DNA of 64,000 nucleotides from Candidatus Hydrogenedentota bacterium (GCA_963668025.2 CAXXTH010000022.1:149791-213790); one strand, 5' to 3'. Positions 1 to 10,586 are shown, counted from the stretch's first letter. Program-made: numbers and translations. The notes: generated by a model from the sequence alone, not told the origin.

Positions 1-914
1 GCATACATCTGCAACGCGATGCCCAACCGCTCCAGATTGTCTAAGGCATCGCCGCGCCGGGCCGCCTCGCGGGAGCGGGCCAGGATGGGCAGCAACACGG
101 CGGCAAGGGCGAAAATGACGACAATGGCCACCGCCACTTGATAGAAAGGCGCGTGAAGCCAAGGCTGGGCATATTGGCGGTTTTGCTCCTCGGCTGCGAC
201 GCGCTGCATGGCTTGGCCTGTAAGGCCCTCGGGCATGGGCGCGGCAAAAGATGCATCCAAAGCGTGGAGCGCGTTCCGTTCTTCTTCGACGATACGCCGC
301 AAAGCTTCTGATTCCGCTAACCGAGTTTCGTATTGCATGCGCGCGCTAGGTTCAAGCATGCCAAGCACATAACGGCGGGCCAATAAGCAGTTGTTCTTCT
401 GGGCTGGCTTCACATCGGACTCACGCGTCAAAGACTCATAAGCCTTGAGCATTCGACGCTTTACAGCAGTTACAGAAGCGCCGGTGAGCCATGCCGCTTC
501 ACCATATTCAAGGCCCGCGCAACGGATAAGGGCGAAGGCAGCCCGGTATTTGGTTGGGAGCGCCTGCAAAAGGCCTGCGTCATCTGAAGCGGGCTTCATA
601 TCTTGCCTTGTCCACGCATGGCGCGTGGCGCATTGCGCCAATGCCGTGCGGTAGAGCCATGGACGCGCCCGCATGCCTTGCTTGAAGCGCCCCAAGCTTT
701 GGTGGGCCGCGATGGCGGTTTGCGTGAATACCTGTTCCGCCTCCGCAGGGCTTTCCGATAAGGCGTACAAAAAGGCATATAAGGAAGGCGCGTGCCGCTG
801 CAGGAATGTCTCAAAAGCGCTTAATTGTCCTTGATGCGCCGCGCCGATAAGGGCTTCATCCGAAAGGCGTGACAAAATGAGCTCATCGCCTTTTTCCGCG
901 TGTATATCAGTCAT
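1..914 (-). CDS. Fusion of a divergent ECF sigma factor-like domain, an anti-sigma-like domain, a TM helix and the start of a DUF1559 pilin-like domain; runs off the window start
   Basis: Hand translation from ATG at 914 (GGAG upstream) shows no stop down to position 3: MTDIHAEKG..SDEALIGAAHQGQLSAFETFLQRH..RPWLYRTA..LQALPTKYRAAFAL..GLEYGEAA..VKRRMLKAYESL..RRYVLGMLEPSARMQYETRL..VAVAIVVIFALAAVLLPILARSREAARRGDALDNLERLGIALQMYA. Absent from the ORF track because there is no stop inside the window. Confidence 0.8.
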   Translation of the reverse strand, partial: MTDIHAEKGDELILSRLSDEALIGAAHQGQLSAFETFLQRHAPSLYAFLYALSESPAEAEQVFTQTAIAAHQSLGRFKQGMRARPWLYRTALAQCATRHAWTRQDMKPASDDAGLLQALPTKYRAAFALIRCAGLEYGEAAWLTGASVTAVKRRMLKAYESLTRESDVKPAQKNNCLLARRYVLGMLEPSARMQYETRLAESEALRRIVEEERNALHALDASFAAPMPEGLTGQAMQRVAAEEQNRQYAQPWLHAPFYQVAVAIVVIFALAAVLLPILARSREAARRGDALDNLERLGIALQMY

Positions 915-1089
915 GCCATATACGCTCCAGGAAGGCGCTTCAATGGAAGGCCGGATTATCAATACTATTCAACCTGGCGCCATTATACCGCCGGAAGCGA
1001 TAGAGATAAACTTAATCGCCGCTTTAATGTCCTGCCTATCATGTGGTATGACTTCCCCCAGGTTTCAGCGGTAGAACGGAGGTAACAAT

Positions 1090-2469
1090 ATGCGTATCAC
1101 ATCTTATGGCGCGGCGGAAAACGTCACAGGAAGCAAACATCTGCTTGAAGTCAATGGGTACCGCATCTTATTCGATTGCGGCATGTTCCAAGGCAAGCGC
1201 GAAGAATCCTCCATGCGGAACAAGGCTTTGCCATTTCCCGTGGACAGCCTCCACGCCGTGGTGTTAAGCCATGCCCACATCGATCATAGCGGCATTCTGC
1301 CCGTTCTGGCGCGTTATGGCTACAAGGGCCGTGTGTTCACCACCCCGGCCACGCGCGATTTGTGCGCCATCATGCTCCTCGATAGTTCGCACATTCAGGA
1401 ACGTGATGCGCGCTGGCTCTCGAAAAAGCACCAGACTTTCGTGCCGCCCATCTATACGGATGAAGATGTCCGCGAGATCATGCGCCATTTCATCAGCATA
1501 CCCTACGACATCGTCATGGAGGTTGCGCCTGGCGTCTGCATCACCTTCAAAGACGCTGGCCACGTCCTCGGTTCGGCCATGGTCCTGGTCGAATTTACGG
1601 AAAACGGCAAGCGCCGCACACTGATTTATAGTGGCGACATTGGCCGGAAAAACATGCCTATCTTGAAAGACCCCTGGGAGCCAGATCATGCCGATGTCGT
1701 GATAATGGAGAGCACCTACGGCAACCGGGATCATGATCCCATCGAGACGCTAGACAACGAACTGGCCGATGTCGTGAACCGAACCTATAACCGGGGCGGG
1801 AAAATCGTGGTGCCCACGTTCGCCCTCGAACGCGCCCAAGAGTTCATATTCGCCCTTAAACGGCTCGAAATGCAGAAGCGCATTCCCCTCATGCCGGTCT
1901 ATGTGGATAGCCCGCTGACCGTGAACATCACGGAAGTGTTCCGCCTGCACGCGGACCTTTTCGATGAGGAAATTCGCAAAGTTATGGAGGAATCGGGCGA
2001 TCCCTTCGAGTTGCACAACATTGACTACATTCGCAACCTAGAACAGTCCATGGAGTTGAATTCACTTACCAAGCCCGCCATCATCCTCTCGGCGTCGGGC
2101 ATGTGCGAATATGGCCGTATCTTGCACCATCTGCGCCATAACATCGAAGATGAGCGCAACACCATCCTTATCATCGGATTCCAGGCCAGGAACACCCTCG
2201 GACGGCGCATCGTCGAGCGCGAACGCGAAGTCCGCATTTTCGGCATCAAACACCGGTTGGATGCCGAAGTGAAAGTGCTCAACTCCTTGAGCGCCCATGC
2301 GGGCCGTTCCGAGCTTCTTGACTTCGGCTCCCGATTCAAGAACAGCGCCGAGCGCATCCTGTTGGTGCATGGTGAGCAGGAGGCCCTGGACGCCTTATCT
2401 TCCGGACTCGCCGAAAGAGGCTGCAACAACGTGGCTATCCAAGAAGAAGCCGTAACCGTCGAGTTATAA
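1090..2469 (+). CDS. MBL-fold metallo-hydrolase, beta-CASP RNA-processing family
   Basis: LSHAHIDHSG metal motif, DAGHVLGSA, ESTYG, SASGMCEYGRILHHL, C-terminal SAHA and LVHGE motifs. Confidence 0.92.
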   Translation: MRITSYGAAENVTGSKHLLEVNGYRILFDCGMFQGKREESSMRNKALPFPVDSLHAVVLSHAHIDHSGILPVLARYGYKGRVFTTPATRDLCAIMLLDSSHIQERDARWLSKKHQTFVPPIYTDEDVREIMRHFISIPYDIVMEVAPGVCITFKDAGHVLGSAMVLVEFTENGKRRTLIYSGDIGRKNMPILKDPWEPDHADVVIMESTYGNRDHDPIETLDNELADVVNRTYNRGGKIVVPTFALERAQEFIFALKRLEMQKRIPLMPVYVDSPLTVNITEVFRLHADLFDEEIRKVMEESGDPFELHNIDYIRNLEQSMELNSLTKPAIILSASGMCEYGRILHHLRHNIEDERNTILIIGFQARNTLGRRIVEREREVRIFGIKHRLDAEVKVLNSLSAHAGRSELLDFGSRFKNSAERILLVHGEQEALDALSSGLAERGCNNVAIQEEAVTVEL

Positions 2470-2579
2470 ACGTAAACCGGAGAGGACTCGTGCTGCGGGC
2501 CCTCTCCGGCTTCACTCATTCATCATGCGCTGGTTCTATTAGGAGCATGGATGCCTGCTCATAATTCGTTCTATACATG

Positions 2580-3008
2580 AGGGTGACTTCAATCTACCCA
2601 TGACCTTCTCTCCTTCACGGGTGCGCTCAATGCTTTCTTTGAAGGAAGCCCACCTCCATTTTAAGCCGCCCTATTTCCTGATAGAGTGGAGCCGTAAGCC
2701 CATCCGCATCCGGCACCGCTCCTGAATGCCCCCCGTTCGAAGAGCTGGGCGGCATTCTCCAGCAGCAGTTTCTTCCACTACGTGATTTGGGTGGGATGCA
2801 CCTTGTCACGCGCCGACAGTTCGCTCAGCGAATGGACGCCTTTCACTGCATCGAGCGCCACCTTGGCCTTGAACTTATTGGAATCATTCTTTCTCGTCTG
2901 ACCCATCTCTTGGACTCCTTTTCCGGACATTGTCCGGAGTGGCGGCCAGCCATGCAAACAGGCCTTCCTCCTTCTTAACCACCTGTCCGAAAATTGGGGA
3001 TAATTTCA
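2580..3008 (-). mobile_element. Degenerate IS3-family insertion sequence remnant (left end, broken orfA, first codons of orfB)
   Basis: Minus strand begins TGAAATTATCCCCAATTTTCGGACA at 3008 (IS3-like terminus). From ATG at 2906: MGQTRKNDSNKFKAKVALDAVKGVHSLSELSARDKVHPTQIT*WKK.., with an in-frame TAG and a frameshift, then LYQEIGRLKMEVGFLQRKH. No integrase core. Inner boundary approximate. Confidence 0.8.
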
Positions 3009-3025
3009 GACCTGCGTCGGTGAGC

Positions 3026-3694
3026 TTAACCCATAGCATGCCGCAGGACAAAGATAATCAAGAATTTAGAGATGACTTCCGCTACCAGGAGCCCCACGAT
3101 GAATCCCACGGCCGAGCGCCAGCCGCGCACGTTACACGACACCGCGAATGCGCGATACATAAGCGCCACCATCCACACGAGCATGATGATCATAAAACAG
3201 ATGACGATGAGAAACTGTGCAAAATCCACAATATTTGCGCCAGAGGGCAGCAAATCCATAGGTGTGGCGGCTGGGGTTGCGATTTGCTGCATAAAGTGCT
3301 TGTTTATTGCTTCGGTGAAGCGGCCATAGCCAGGCAGCAGGGCAAATAATACAGAAAACAAGGAAGGTGTTCGGGCAATAGCTTGGGTGCCGAATACATC
3401 GACCATGCGCACGTTGCTGGTCGAGATAATTTTTCCAATAATGAACAACACGGCGCTCAAGGCCAGCCAATCGATAAGAACCTCCGTGGGAAATGCCCAC
3501 CACGAAGCTGATGCGCCGGTGTGAAAATCGAGTACGCCGTCGAAATGGCTGTTGGAGAGTGCTCCGACGAGACCGGTGGTGATGAGCATAACCACCCCCC
3601 ATGCGAGGGCCGCGCCGCCTGCAACGTAATAAAAGGGATTGAAAAGCCAAGTCACTAACCGGCGTCGCTGCAACAGATTGGCTTCATTGCTCAT
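3026..3694 (-). CDS. Multi-pass membrane protein (Yip1-like)
   Basis: About 5 hydrophobic segments. Start moved to the ATG at 3694, which has a GGAG RBS. Directly downstream of the DUF2089 gene. Confidence 0.65.
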   Translation of the reverse strand: MSNEANLLQRRRLVTWLFNPFYYVAGGAALAWGVVMLITTGLVGALSNSHFDGVLDFHTGASASWWAFPTEVLIDWLALSAVLFIIGKIISTSNVRMVDVFGTQAIARTPSLFSVLFALLPGYGRFTEAINKHFMQQIATPAATPMDLLPSGANIVDFAQFLIVICFMIIMLVWMVALMYRAFAVSCNVRGWRSAVGFIVGLLVAEVISKFLIIFVLRHAMG

Positions 3695-3720
3695 GGTTCG
3701 ATACTCCATTTCGTTTTCAG

Positions 3721-3993
3721 TTACTCCAGTTCCTTGATGCGTGCGATAACCGCATCCAGGCGATTGCGCACGGTCGGATACGACAGGCCATACGCCTTGG
3801 CCACATCTTTTAGGCTGCCACCACAAAGGACAAGCGTCCGAACGAACGCTTGTTCCTCTTCCGTAAGGCGGGCCAGGAGTGGCAGTCCGAATCGGCCTTC
3901 CACCACGGTTTCACATCCTGGACAGGTGAGCCGCGTGACGTCCAAGGGCTGGCTGCAACTAGGGCACATTATGGGTAGCCGTTTGTTTTCCAT
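3721..3993 (-). CDS. DUF2089 family Zn-ribbon/HTH protein
   Basis: CPSC..L.VTRLTCPGCETVVEGRF..L..LTEEEQAF..GSLKDVAK.YGLSYPTVRNRLD, typical of DUF2089. Confidence 0.88.
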   Translation of the reverse strand: MENKRLPIMCPSCSQPLDVTRLTCPGCETVVEGRFGLPLLARLTEEEQAFVRTLVLCGGSLKDVAKAYGLSYPTVRNRLDAVIARIKELE

Positions 3994-4198
3994 GTGGATA
4001 TTATGACATACTTGTTTAATAAAATTCAATACTGTTTTTAAATATTTGATTATAAGATGCTTTTTATTTATTTCGTACGTCGCATGTCGCATTTAGGGGA
4101 CATGGAGGCTCTTTCATACAGAGTCTATTCGGAGGATACGGCAAAATAACGACGTGTCGAGGTACCGTTTGGGGGCTTCTTCGGCTGTATGAGGTGAA

Positions 4199-4732
4199 AT
4201 GGACCCGGTGTTGACAGATGCGGAACTGGTGAAGGCTGTCCTTGCGGGAAAAGGAGCGGCGTACGGAGACCTTATCAGGCGGTACGAACGATCAGTCCGT
4301 GCTGCGACTCTTGCGGTATTGGGCGACTTCCACGCCGCGGAGGACGCCACTCAAGAAACGTTTGTCGTTGCGTACCGGAAGCTCGATGCCCTGCTGCGGC
4401 CTTCCGCCTTCGGCGCTTGGGTATTGCGAATCGCACACCGCCAAGCGTTGCGGGCTGTCCGGAAACACCGGGCAGCCGAAACGCTCGATCCGAATGTGGC
4501 TGTTCAGGCGCCTCATAACGGACGGCTGGATGAGGATTCGGAAGGCCTTCTCACCGCCGTGGCCGCGCTGCCAGAGCACGAACGGCGTGTTGTCATGTTG
4601 CATTACTTCGATGGGCACAGTGTGGCCGTCATCTCGGCGATGTGTGGCCGGCCTCTTGGTACGGTGACGAAACAACTCGCGCGCGCCCGCGAACGATTGC
4701 GGGGCAGGCTCTGTAAGGAGGCGAAACCATGA
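4199..4732 (+). CDS. ECF RNA polymerase sigma-70 factor
   Basis: AAEDATQETF, FGAWVLRIA (sigma2); LPEHERRVVMLHYFDG..GTVTKQLARARERL (sigma4). Confidence 0.92.
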   Translation: MDPVLTDAELVKAVLAGKGAAYGDLIRRYERSVRAATLAVLGDFHAAEDATQETFVVAYRKLDALLRPSAFGAWVLRIAHRQALRAVRKHRAAETLDPNVAVQAPHNGRLDEDSEGLLTAVAALPEHERRVVMLHYFDGHSVAVISAMCGRPLGTVTKQLARARERLRGRLCKEAKP

Positions 4733-5620
4733 CAACCAAAGACACGCTTGAGCAGCGGCTTGCACGCCTTGGACGCACCCTTGCAGACGAGGTTTCCGTC
4801 GCCGATACGGTCATGAAGCGTATAACGGAATGCACCCCCCCTGGCGCGAGGCGTTCGAACCGGCGTCCCATGTGGCTGTTCAAGCCTGCGCTGATCCTGG
4901 GTTCGCTTGTGGCGGCGGCGCTAGTCTACGAGTTCGCGAAGTTTGCCGGTCTCGTGAGTATTACCGGCCGCGCATGGGCTGCGGCGGAGGCCACACCCGA
5001 CCCACATAAAATGATAATTTCGATCGCCGCAGTTTTAGTGCTGGCCGTGTTTTTTTTGGTGATGTTTGTCAACATTCCCACCGCGCTGTGGCGGCGCACG
5101 CACACAAGACGATACCCATTACTCTGGATTGCTGGTGTCGGCGGCGCTATCGCCTTCCTGATGGGTTCTGTGGCGTGGCAGTGGAACACCGCGCCCTGTC
5201 CCGTGGGAATCGATGAGACCCTCGAAGTGAGAGGCGGCAACAGCCCGTTGGTTATTCTTGGGATACGGATGGAGCCACCCGCGGGGGATAGCGGCACTAT
5301 CGAATTGGATGTCCGTAACGACGGTCCTACACAGCAATTTTTGGCGTTTGCATACTATGCGAAATGGCGGCACATTCTTGGGAGGGTTCTTCCACCCTGG
5401 TGCCAGCGGCGGCGGAAAGGTCAAGCGCGTGCCTCCCCATTGGTCAGGCACTATCGAGTTTGACCTTCGCTTTCCCCCACGGTTTGGATACAGCGGCAGG
5501 ATAGAGATCCAGATAGGCGGCGCTGTGGTGTCACAAGAACAGGATTTTATAGTGGGGTTGCCGCCTGAGTTTGAAATCTTGTACAAGAAGCGGTTTGTTC
5601 TAGTTCCAGAAGGCGGATGA
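4729..5620 (+). CDS. Putative membrane anti-sigma factor, split by a +1 frameshift near 5362-5364
   Basis: ATGA overlap with the sigma gene and three TM segments. Removing one A from GCGAAATGG joins ORF 4729-5463 to the frame of ORF 5258-5620 (..YYANGGTFLGGFFHPG..). Confidence 0.6.
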
Positions 5621-5751
5621 TAATTATCCACGGCCTGAAAATTTGATTTCCCCATCCACTTGCCCCATAGTGGTTTATATGGCTCGATTCGAAGTACATA
5701 GCAGCACGGGCGGACGTCCGGGACAATATCGCGCTTTCGAGCGGGGGGCCG

Positions 5752-6063
5752 TTGGTGGACATCGTCGGATGGGGCATTGCCCTGTTTGCGTTTTTGTTGG
5801 TATCCGGCGCGGTGCTGATAGGGCTCGTGATAGCGACGGTATTACGTTTGGCGGGCTGGCTATTTCTGTTCTTTATAAGACCGCCCCGCCATGCCAGCGT
5901 GGACCCATCGCATGCTTCTCCCCAGCCGTCCTTTCACCAGGAAGAGATCATCGAGGGCGAGTTCCGCGTCATCTCAGACAACTCCAACACCGAAGCTCCC
6001 AGTTCTCAAGACCCTAAACCCCAAACCCTAACTTGCATTGCACGCTTGTCTTATCTAGGATAG
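5752..6063 (+). CDS. Small hypothetical membrane protein
   Basis: Hydrophobic N-terminus, acidic tail with IIEGEFRVI, fills the gap before dprA. Confidence 0.5.
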   Translation: MVDIVGWGIALFAFLLVSGAVLIGLVIATVLRLAGWLFLFFIRPPRHASVDPSHASPQPSFHQEEIIEGEFRVISDNSNTEAPSSQDPKPQTLTCIARLSYLG

Positions 6064-6069
6064 GGGGGC

Positions 6070-7258
6070 ATGGTCCTAACGCAAGAACAGCGGGAATGGC
6101 TTTCCCTCACGCTCGTACCAGGCGTGGGGTCGGCGGCGTTTATCCGGCTGCTGGCCCGGTTTCACACGCCGGGGCAGGTGCTGCAAGCGCCATATGAGCA
6201 GCTTCGCGAGATGGTGGGCAAGGAATTAGCCCAGCGCATCGCGCAATACACGGACGTGGTGGATATCGAGGGACAGGAACGCGCCATGGCCCGTTGCGGG
6301 CGCGAAGCTTATCACGCTTGAAGACCCTGCCTATCCCTTGCGCCTTGCGGAGATCTATGATCCGCCGTTGGCGTTGTTCATGCGGGGCGATTTGCGGGAC
6401 GAGGATGCGTGGTGCGTGTGCATCGTCGGCACGCGGCAAGCCACGCCGTATGGCCTGCACGCGGCGGAGAAATTTGGCCGCGAACTGGCGGCTCGGGGCA
6501 TCACCGTGGTGAGTGGCATGGCGATGGGCATCGACACGGCGGCCCATCGCGGGGCCATCAGCGCGGGCGGGCGCACCATCGCAATCCTGGGCTGCGGCGT
6601 GGACGTGGTGTATCCCTCTCGCAACCGCGAATTGATGGAAGACATCATCCGGCACGGATGCGTGCTGTCGCAGTTCGCCATGGGCATGCAACCATCGAAA
6701 GGGCATTTTCCGTACCGGAACCGCATCATCAGCGGGATGAGCATGGGCACGCTCGTGGTCGAAGCGCCCGAGCGAAGCGGGGCGTTGATCACGGCCAAGC
6801 AGGCGGCGGAACAGGGCCGCGAGGTATTCGCCGTGCCTGGCTCGATAGGCTCGGAATGCAGCGCTGGGCCGCACCGGCTCATCCAGGAAGGTGCAAAACT
6901 GGTCCAGTGCGTGGATGATATCTTGATGGATCTGGAACTTCCCGGCGTACACGTGGCGGCAGTGCGCCTCCCCGAACCAACAACATCCGCAGAACCGGCG
7001 GTGCGTCCAGCGCTGCGTATAACAGAACCTCAACCGCTCACCCCGCCTGTGATGGCTCCGGCTGCCCCTCCCAATCCTCCGGCGTTATCACCCGAGGAAA
7101 AGGGCGTGCTGTCCGTATTGGCATCGGAAGGGTCTTACGTGGACGAGATCGCCATGGCGTGCCGGGTGTCCATATCTGAAGCCTTGAGCGCTCTTACGAT
7201 GCTCGAGATGAAGGGCCTTGTGCGTCAATACAGCGGCAAACGCTTCGCGCCGAAATGA
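6070..7258 (+). CDS. dprA: DNA-processing protein DprA (Smf), +1 frameshift near 6298-6300
   Basis: N-terminal WLSLTLVPGVG in ORF 6070-6321 and Rossmann core (IVGTRQATPYG, VVSGMAMGIDTAAH, FPYRNRIISG, SGALITA) in ORF 6338-7258. Deleting one G of TGCGGGCGC restores ..CGAKLITLEDPAYP... Confidence 0.93.
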
Positions 7259-8272
7259 ATGCACGGCATGCGAGCTAAATTCCACGAGATCGCTGAAAAG
7301 GTCCGCCGGGGCGAACCGCTCCCTTGGGCATGGGCGGCGGTATTGTCGGCGGCGGTTCCGGTGGTGCGCTTGGGCATGTGGCGGCGGCTGCGCCAGCCAC
7401 GAGAGCGCGTCGAAGCGCGGGTCATCAGTTTTGGCAACATCACGGCGGGCGGCACGGGCAAAACACCCGCCGTCATCGAGCGGGCGCGGGCGGAACTCAA
7501 TGCCGGGCATCACGTGGCCGTATTGACGCGTGGTTATGGCAGCCGAGGAGGCGGCCAGCCGGAACTGCTCATGCCGGGTAAACAACCCAATGGCGCGCAT
7601 CCCTGGCTAGGCGACGAACCGGCATTGATAGCCCGGCGCGCGCCGGGGGTGGTGGTCGTGCGGTGCCGCGACCGCGTGGCGGGCGCATGGGCGGCCATCG
7701 AGCAGACGGGATGCGATACGCTCATTTTAGACGATGGCTTCCAGTATGTGCGGCTCGAACGGGATGAAAACATTGTATTGATCGACGCTACGAATCCTTT
7801 CGGCAATGGTTGCCTGCTGCCACGTGGCATTATGCGAGAACCGCTTGAAGCCTTGGCGCGCGCCACTCAATTTATCCTGACGCGGTGCGACCAAGCGCGG
7901 GATCTGGCCGAGTTAAAGGCGCAACTCGCTGTATGGTGTCCGTATGCCCCCATACGCTGTACGCGGCATGCGCCCACGGAATTGTGGAGAGTATCCGATG
8001 GCGCGCACATGCCTGCGGCGGAATTGAGGGAGCGGCAAGTATCCGCGTGTTGCGCTATCGGCAATCCGGATGCTTTTTTCCACACGTTGGAGGATTTGGG
8101 TGCGCGATTGGAAACCAAGCTGGCGTTCCCCGATCATGGCGTAATCCCTATCGAAGGCATCCCCACAAAAACCTTGGTTATCACCACGGAAAAGGACGCC
8201 ATGCGCATGAGCAACCCGCCAGATAATGTATGGGCGCTGGGGATTGAATTGCAGGACTTGGAGGAAGAATAG
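7259..8272 (+). CDS. lpxK: Tetraacyldisaccharide 4'-kinase
   Basis: GNITAGGTGKTP, LTRGYG, GDEP, LDDGFQ, LLPRGIMREP, FPDH, TTEKDA motifs. Confidence 0.95.
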   Translation: MHGMRAKFHEIAEKVRRGEPLPWAWAAVLSAAVPVVRLGMWRRLRQPRERVEARVISFGNITAGGTGKTPAVIERARAELNAGHHVAVLTRGYGSRGGGQPELLMPGKQPNGAHPWLGDEPALIARRAPGVVVVRCRDRVAGAWAAIEQTGCDTLILDDGFQYVRLERDENIVLIDATNPFGNGCLLPRGIMREPLEALARATQFILTRCDQARDLAELKAQLAVWCPYAPIRCTRHAPTELWRVSDGAHMPAAELRERQVSACCAIGNPDAFFHTLEDLGARLETKLAFPDHGVIPIEGIPTKTLVITTEKDAMRMSNPPDNVWALGIELQDLEEE

Positions 8273-8376
8273 CTTGGCCACAAGAAGCGCAAAAGACACA
8301 AGATAGCTTTTGCGTTACTTTTGCTTTTTAAGGCTATTCCTGTTTGATGACTCCCCATCTCTGATATACTTCCCGC

Positions 8377-9096
8377 ATGGAACAGCCTACATTTTCTATC
8401 GTGATTCCCGCGTATGACGAGGAGCAATTTTTGCCCGCGTGCCTGGACGCCATCGAACGGGCGCAACAGCAACTGGGCGAAGCGGTCGAGGTCATCGTCG
8501 TCGATAATGCCAGCCGCGACCGGACCGCCGCCGTCGCTATCGAGCGCGGGGCCAAGGTGGTGTTGGACGAACGAAAATGCTTATCAGCCATCCGAAATGC
8601 CGGAGCGGCCCAGGCCACGGGAAAATATCTTGCGTTCATCGACGCGGACAGCATCATGTCGGACAACATGCTGGCCGAGATCAAACGCATAATGGATTCC
8701 GGGCGGTACGTGGGCGGCGGCGTATCGCGGGTGTGGAGCGACCGTGTTTCGCTGGGCATCCTGTGCAGCGTGATTGTTTTTTCGCCGGTGCTCTTGTGGT
8801 ATGGCGTCGCGGCCGTCATGTTTTATACGACCCCAGAAGCCTTTCGAGCCATTGGCGGATTTAATGAAAATTTGTATGCAGCGGAAGACCTCGATTTCGG
8901 CGTACGCTTGAAGCTGCTGGGCAAAACGCGGGGCCAGCGGTATAAAGGCATATGGCGCGCCTGGGTGACGACTTCGGCGCGCAAGTTTGATGAATTCGGC
9001 GATTGGTTCTTGTTCCGCCGCATACGGATGGTGCTGCGCATCATACGGAATGACCGGGAAAGCGCGAACGAGTATTGGTACCGTCCAAGGCGGTAG
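8377..9096 (+). CDS. Glycosyltransferase family 2
   Basis: SIVIPAYDEE, VVDNASRDRT, RNAGA, FIDAD, GGFNE..EDLD, TSARKF. Confidence 0.9.
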   Translation: MEQPTFSIVIPAYDEEQFLPACLDAIERAQQQLGEAVEVIVVDNASRDRTAAVAIERGAKVVLDERKCLSAIRNAGAAQATGKYLAFIDADSIMSDNMLAEIKRIMDSGRYVGGGVSRVWSDRVSLGILCSVIVFSPVLLWYGVAAVMFYTTPEAFRAIGGFNENLYAAEDLDFGVRLKLLGKTRGQRYKGIWRAWVTTSARKFDEFGDWFLFRRIRMVLRIIRNDRESANEYWYRPRR

Positions 9097-9116
9097 AGCT
9101 TTTGAAAGGAATGCAC

Positions 9117-9428
9117 ATGATCTACGTTATCGCTACGATTCAAGTGAAACCTGGGCAGCGGGACGATTTCCTCGCCATATTCAACCGCAACGTGCCGAAT
9201 GTGCTGGCGGAGGACGGTTGTATTGCCTATGGCCCGGCGGTGGATGTGGCATCGGGCTTGGCCGTCCAACCGCCGCTTCGAGAAAACACAGCAGTAATCA
9301 TGGAGCAGTGGGAAAGCACCGCGCATCTGCGCGCCCATTTGAAGACGCCGCACATGGCGGCGTACCGGGAAGAAGTGAAGGATATGGTCGAGAGCACGAT
9401 GGTGCAGGTGCTCGAGCCTAAGGCTTAG
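9117..9428 (+). CDS. Antibiotic biosynthesis monooxygenase (ABM) / putative quinol monooxygenase
   Basis: MIYVIATIQVKPG..EDGCIAY..EQWES..HLRAHLKTPHM. Confidence 0.88.
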   Translation: MIYVIATIQVKPGQRDDFLAIFNRNVPNVLAEDGCIAYGPAVDVASGLAVQPPLRENTAVIMEQWESTAHLRAHLKTPHMAAYREEVKDMVESTMVQVLEPKA

Positions 9429-9437
9429 GGGGGAGCG

Positions 9438-9473
9438 GCCGGATCAGCCGGATCAGTCAGATCTGCCGGATCG
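9438..9473. repeat. Four degenerate 9-bp tandem units (GCCGGATCA-like)
   Basis: gccggatca gccggatca gtcagatct gccggatcg directly after the ABM gene. Confidence 0.7.
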
Positions 9474-9545
9474 TCCTAGATCATTTTTGCATAATCTGTT
9501 ATACTAAAGCAGGTTCAAGGAGAAAACCATGGGGAGCATGCAGCC

Positions 9546-10586
9546 ATGGGTGAAGAAAAAAAGAAGCGTGGATTGCGATGGCTGGAATTCGGAGCGGTAA
9601 TTGTATTCATAATAGTACTTTTCATAGTTGGGCTGCCTGCCTTTAGTAAGTTCAGTGAATATAGCAGCCGTTCGTCGTGCCAGAACAATCTCAAGCAATG
9701 GGGCGCGATTTTCGACATATACGCCAATGAAAACCAAGGACTGTTTCCTCCCCCTATCCGTCATCAAATACTAGGCCAGCGCATGCTGCGCGGATTCGCG
9801 GCGGAAACGCTCTATCCCAATTATTGGACTCGGCTGGATTACGCCATTTGCCCTTCTTCTTCCCGTGGAAAAAGCTACCTAGAACCTCCGATTGATGCGC
9901 TTGCGACCGATGGTGCGGGCGAAGTATGCCGTTCGGCGCTATTATCGCGGCCCATTTCCTATGTGTATTCGGCATACGCCGCCACTACCACGCCAGATTT
10001 CGCAGAATGTACACTATTACACGCGGAACAACAGAAACAGCTTTGGGACGCGGAGCCGCAGTCTTACAGGATCTGGCGCGCGGGCGAATTGGCGGCGGCA
10101 GGATGTCTTGCCTGGAAACGCAAGGAAACTGCATCTCCGCCCTATGAAAGCGAGGGGGTGACATATGGCCCCTACGAGCCAGAAACGCTGGAAGGCCAGA
10201 GTTCGAAGTATGAACAATTGTCCAGCGAATCCACTTTGCGCAAGTCCTATCCGCGCATGCGCAAAGGCGTAGAACGTTTCTTCCTCACGGATATCAACAA
10301 TCCAACTCTTAAAGAACTAAGCGCCAGCGCCATCGGCGTGATGTGGGATGTCTGGGGCGAACCAGACATAGGCCTGCCGAATCTGCCCGGAATAGCTTCT
10401 CCGATGGTGATGATTTTTAATCATGTGCCGGGCGGCTCAAATGTGCTTTATATGGATGGCCATGTGGCGTATGTCAAGTTTCAAGAGGGATATCCACTGC
10501 TGGAAGATCGCGAAATGACGCAGAACGCGGACTTGATCGATATTATCAGCCAAACGGTGATGCCGGACGTATTCATGATGCATTGA
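9546..10586 (+). CDS. DUF1559 / H-X9-DG pilin-like protein with a degenerate prepilin site
   Basis: KKKRGLRWLE followed by a TM helix, [44 protein letters not shown]. Confidence 0.9.
   Translation: MGEEKKKRGLRWLEFGAVIVFIIVLFIVGLPAFSKFSEYSSRSSCQNNLKQWGAIFDIYANENQGLFPPPIRHQILGQRMLRGFAAETLYPNYWTRLDYAICPSSSRGKSYLEPPIDALATDGAGEVCRSALLSRPISYVYSAYAATTTPDFAECTLLHAEQQKQLWDAEPQSYRIWRAGELAAAGCLAWKRKETASPPYESEGVTYGPYEPETLEGQSSKYEQLSSESTLRKSYPRMRKGVERFFLTDINNPTLKELSASAIGVMWDVWGEPDIGLPNLPGIASPMVMIFNHVPGGSNVLYMDGHVAYVKFQEGYPLLEDREMTQNADLIDIISQTVMPDVFMMH

Noticed and set aside
1090-2469. Beta-CASP nuclease as a defence-system component
   Set aside because: Ordinary standalone family member with no adjacent defence genes.
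6290-6340. Programmed frameshifting in dprA
   Set aside because: No slippery heptamer or stimulatory structure seen; same signature as the other homopolymer indels.
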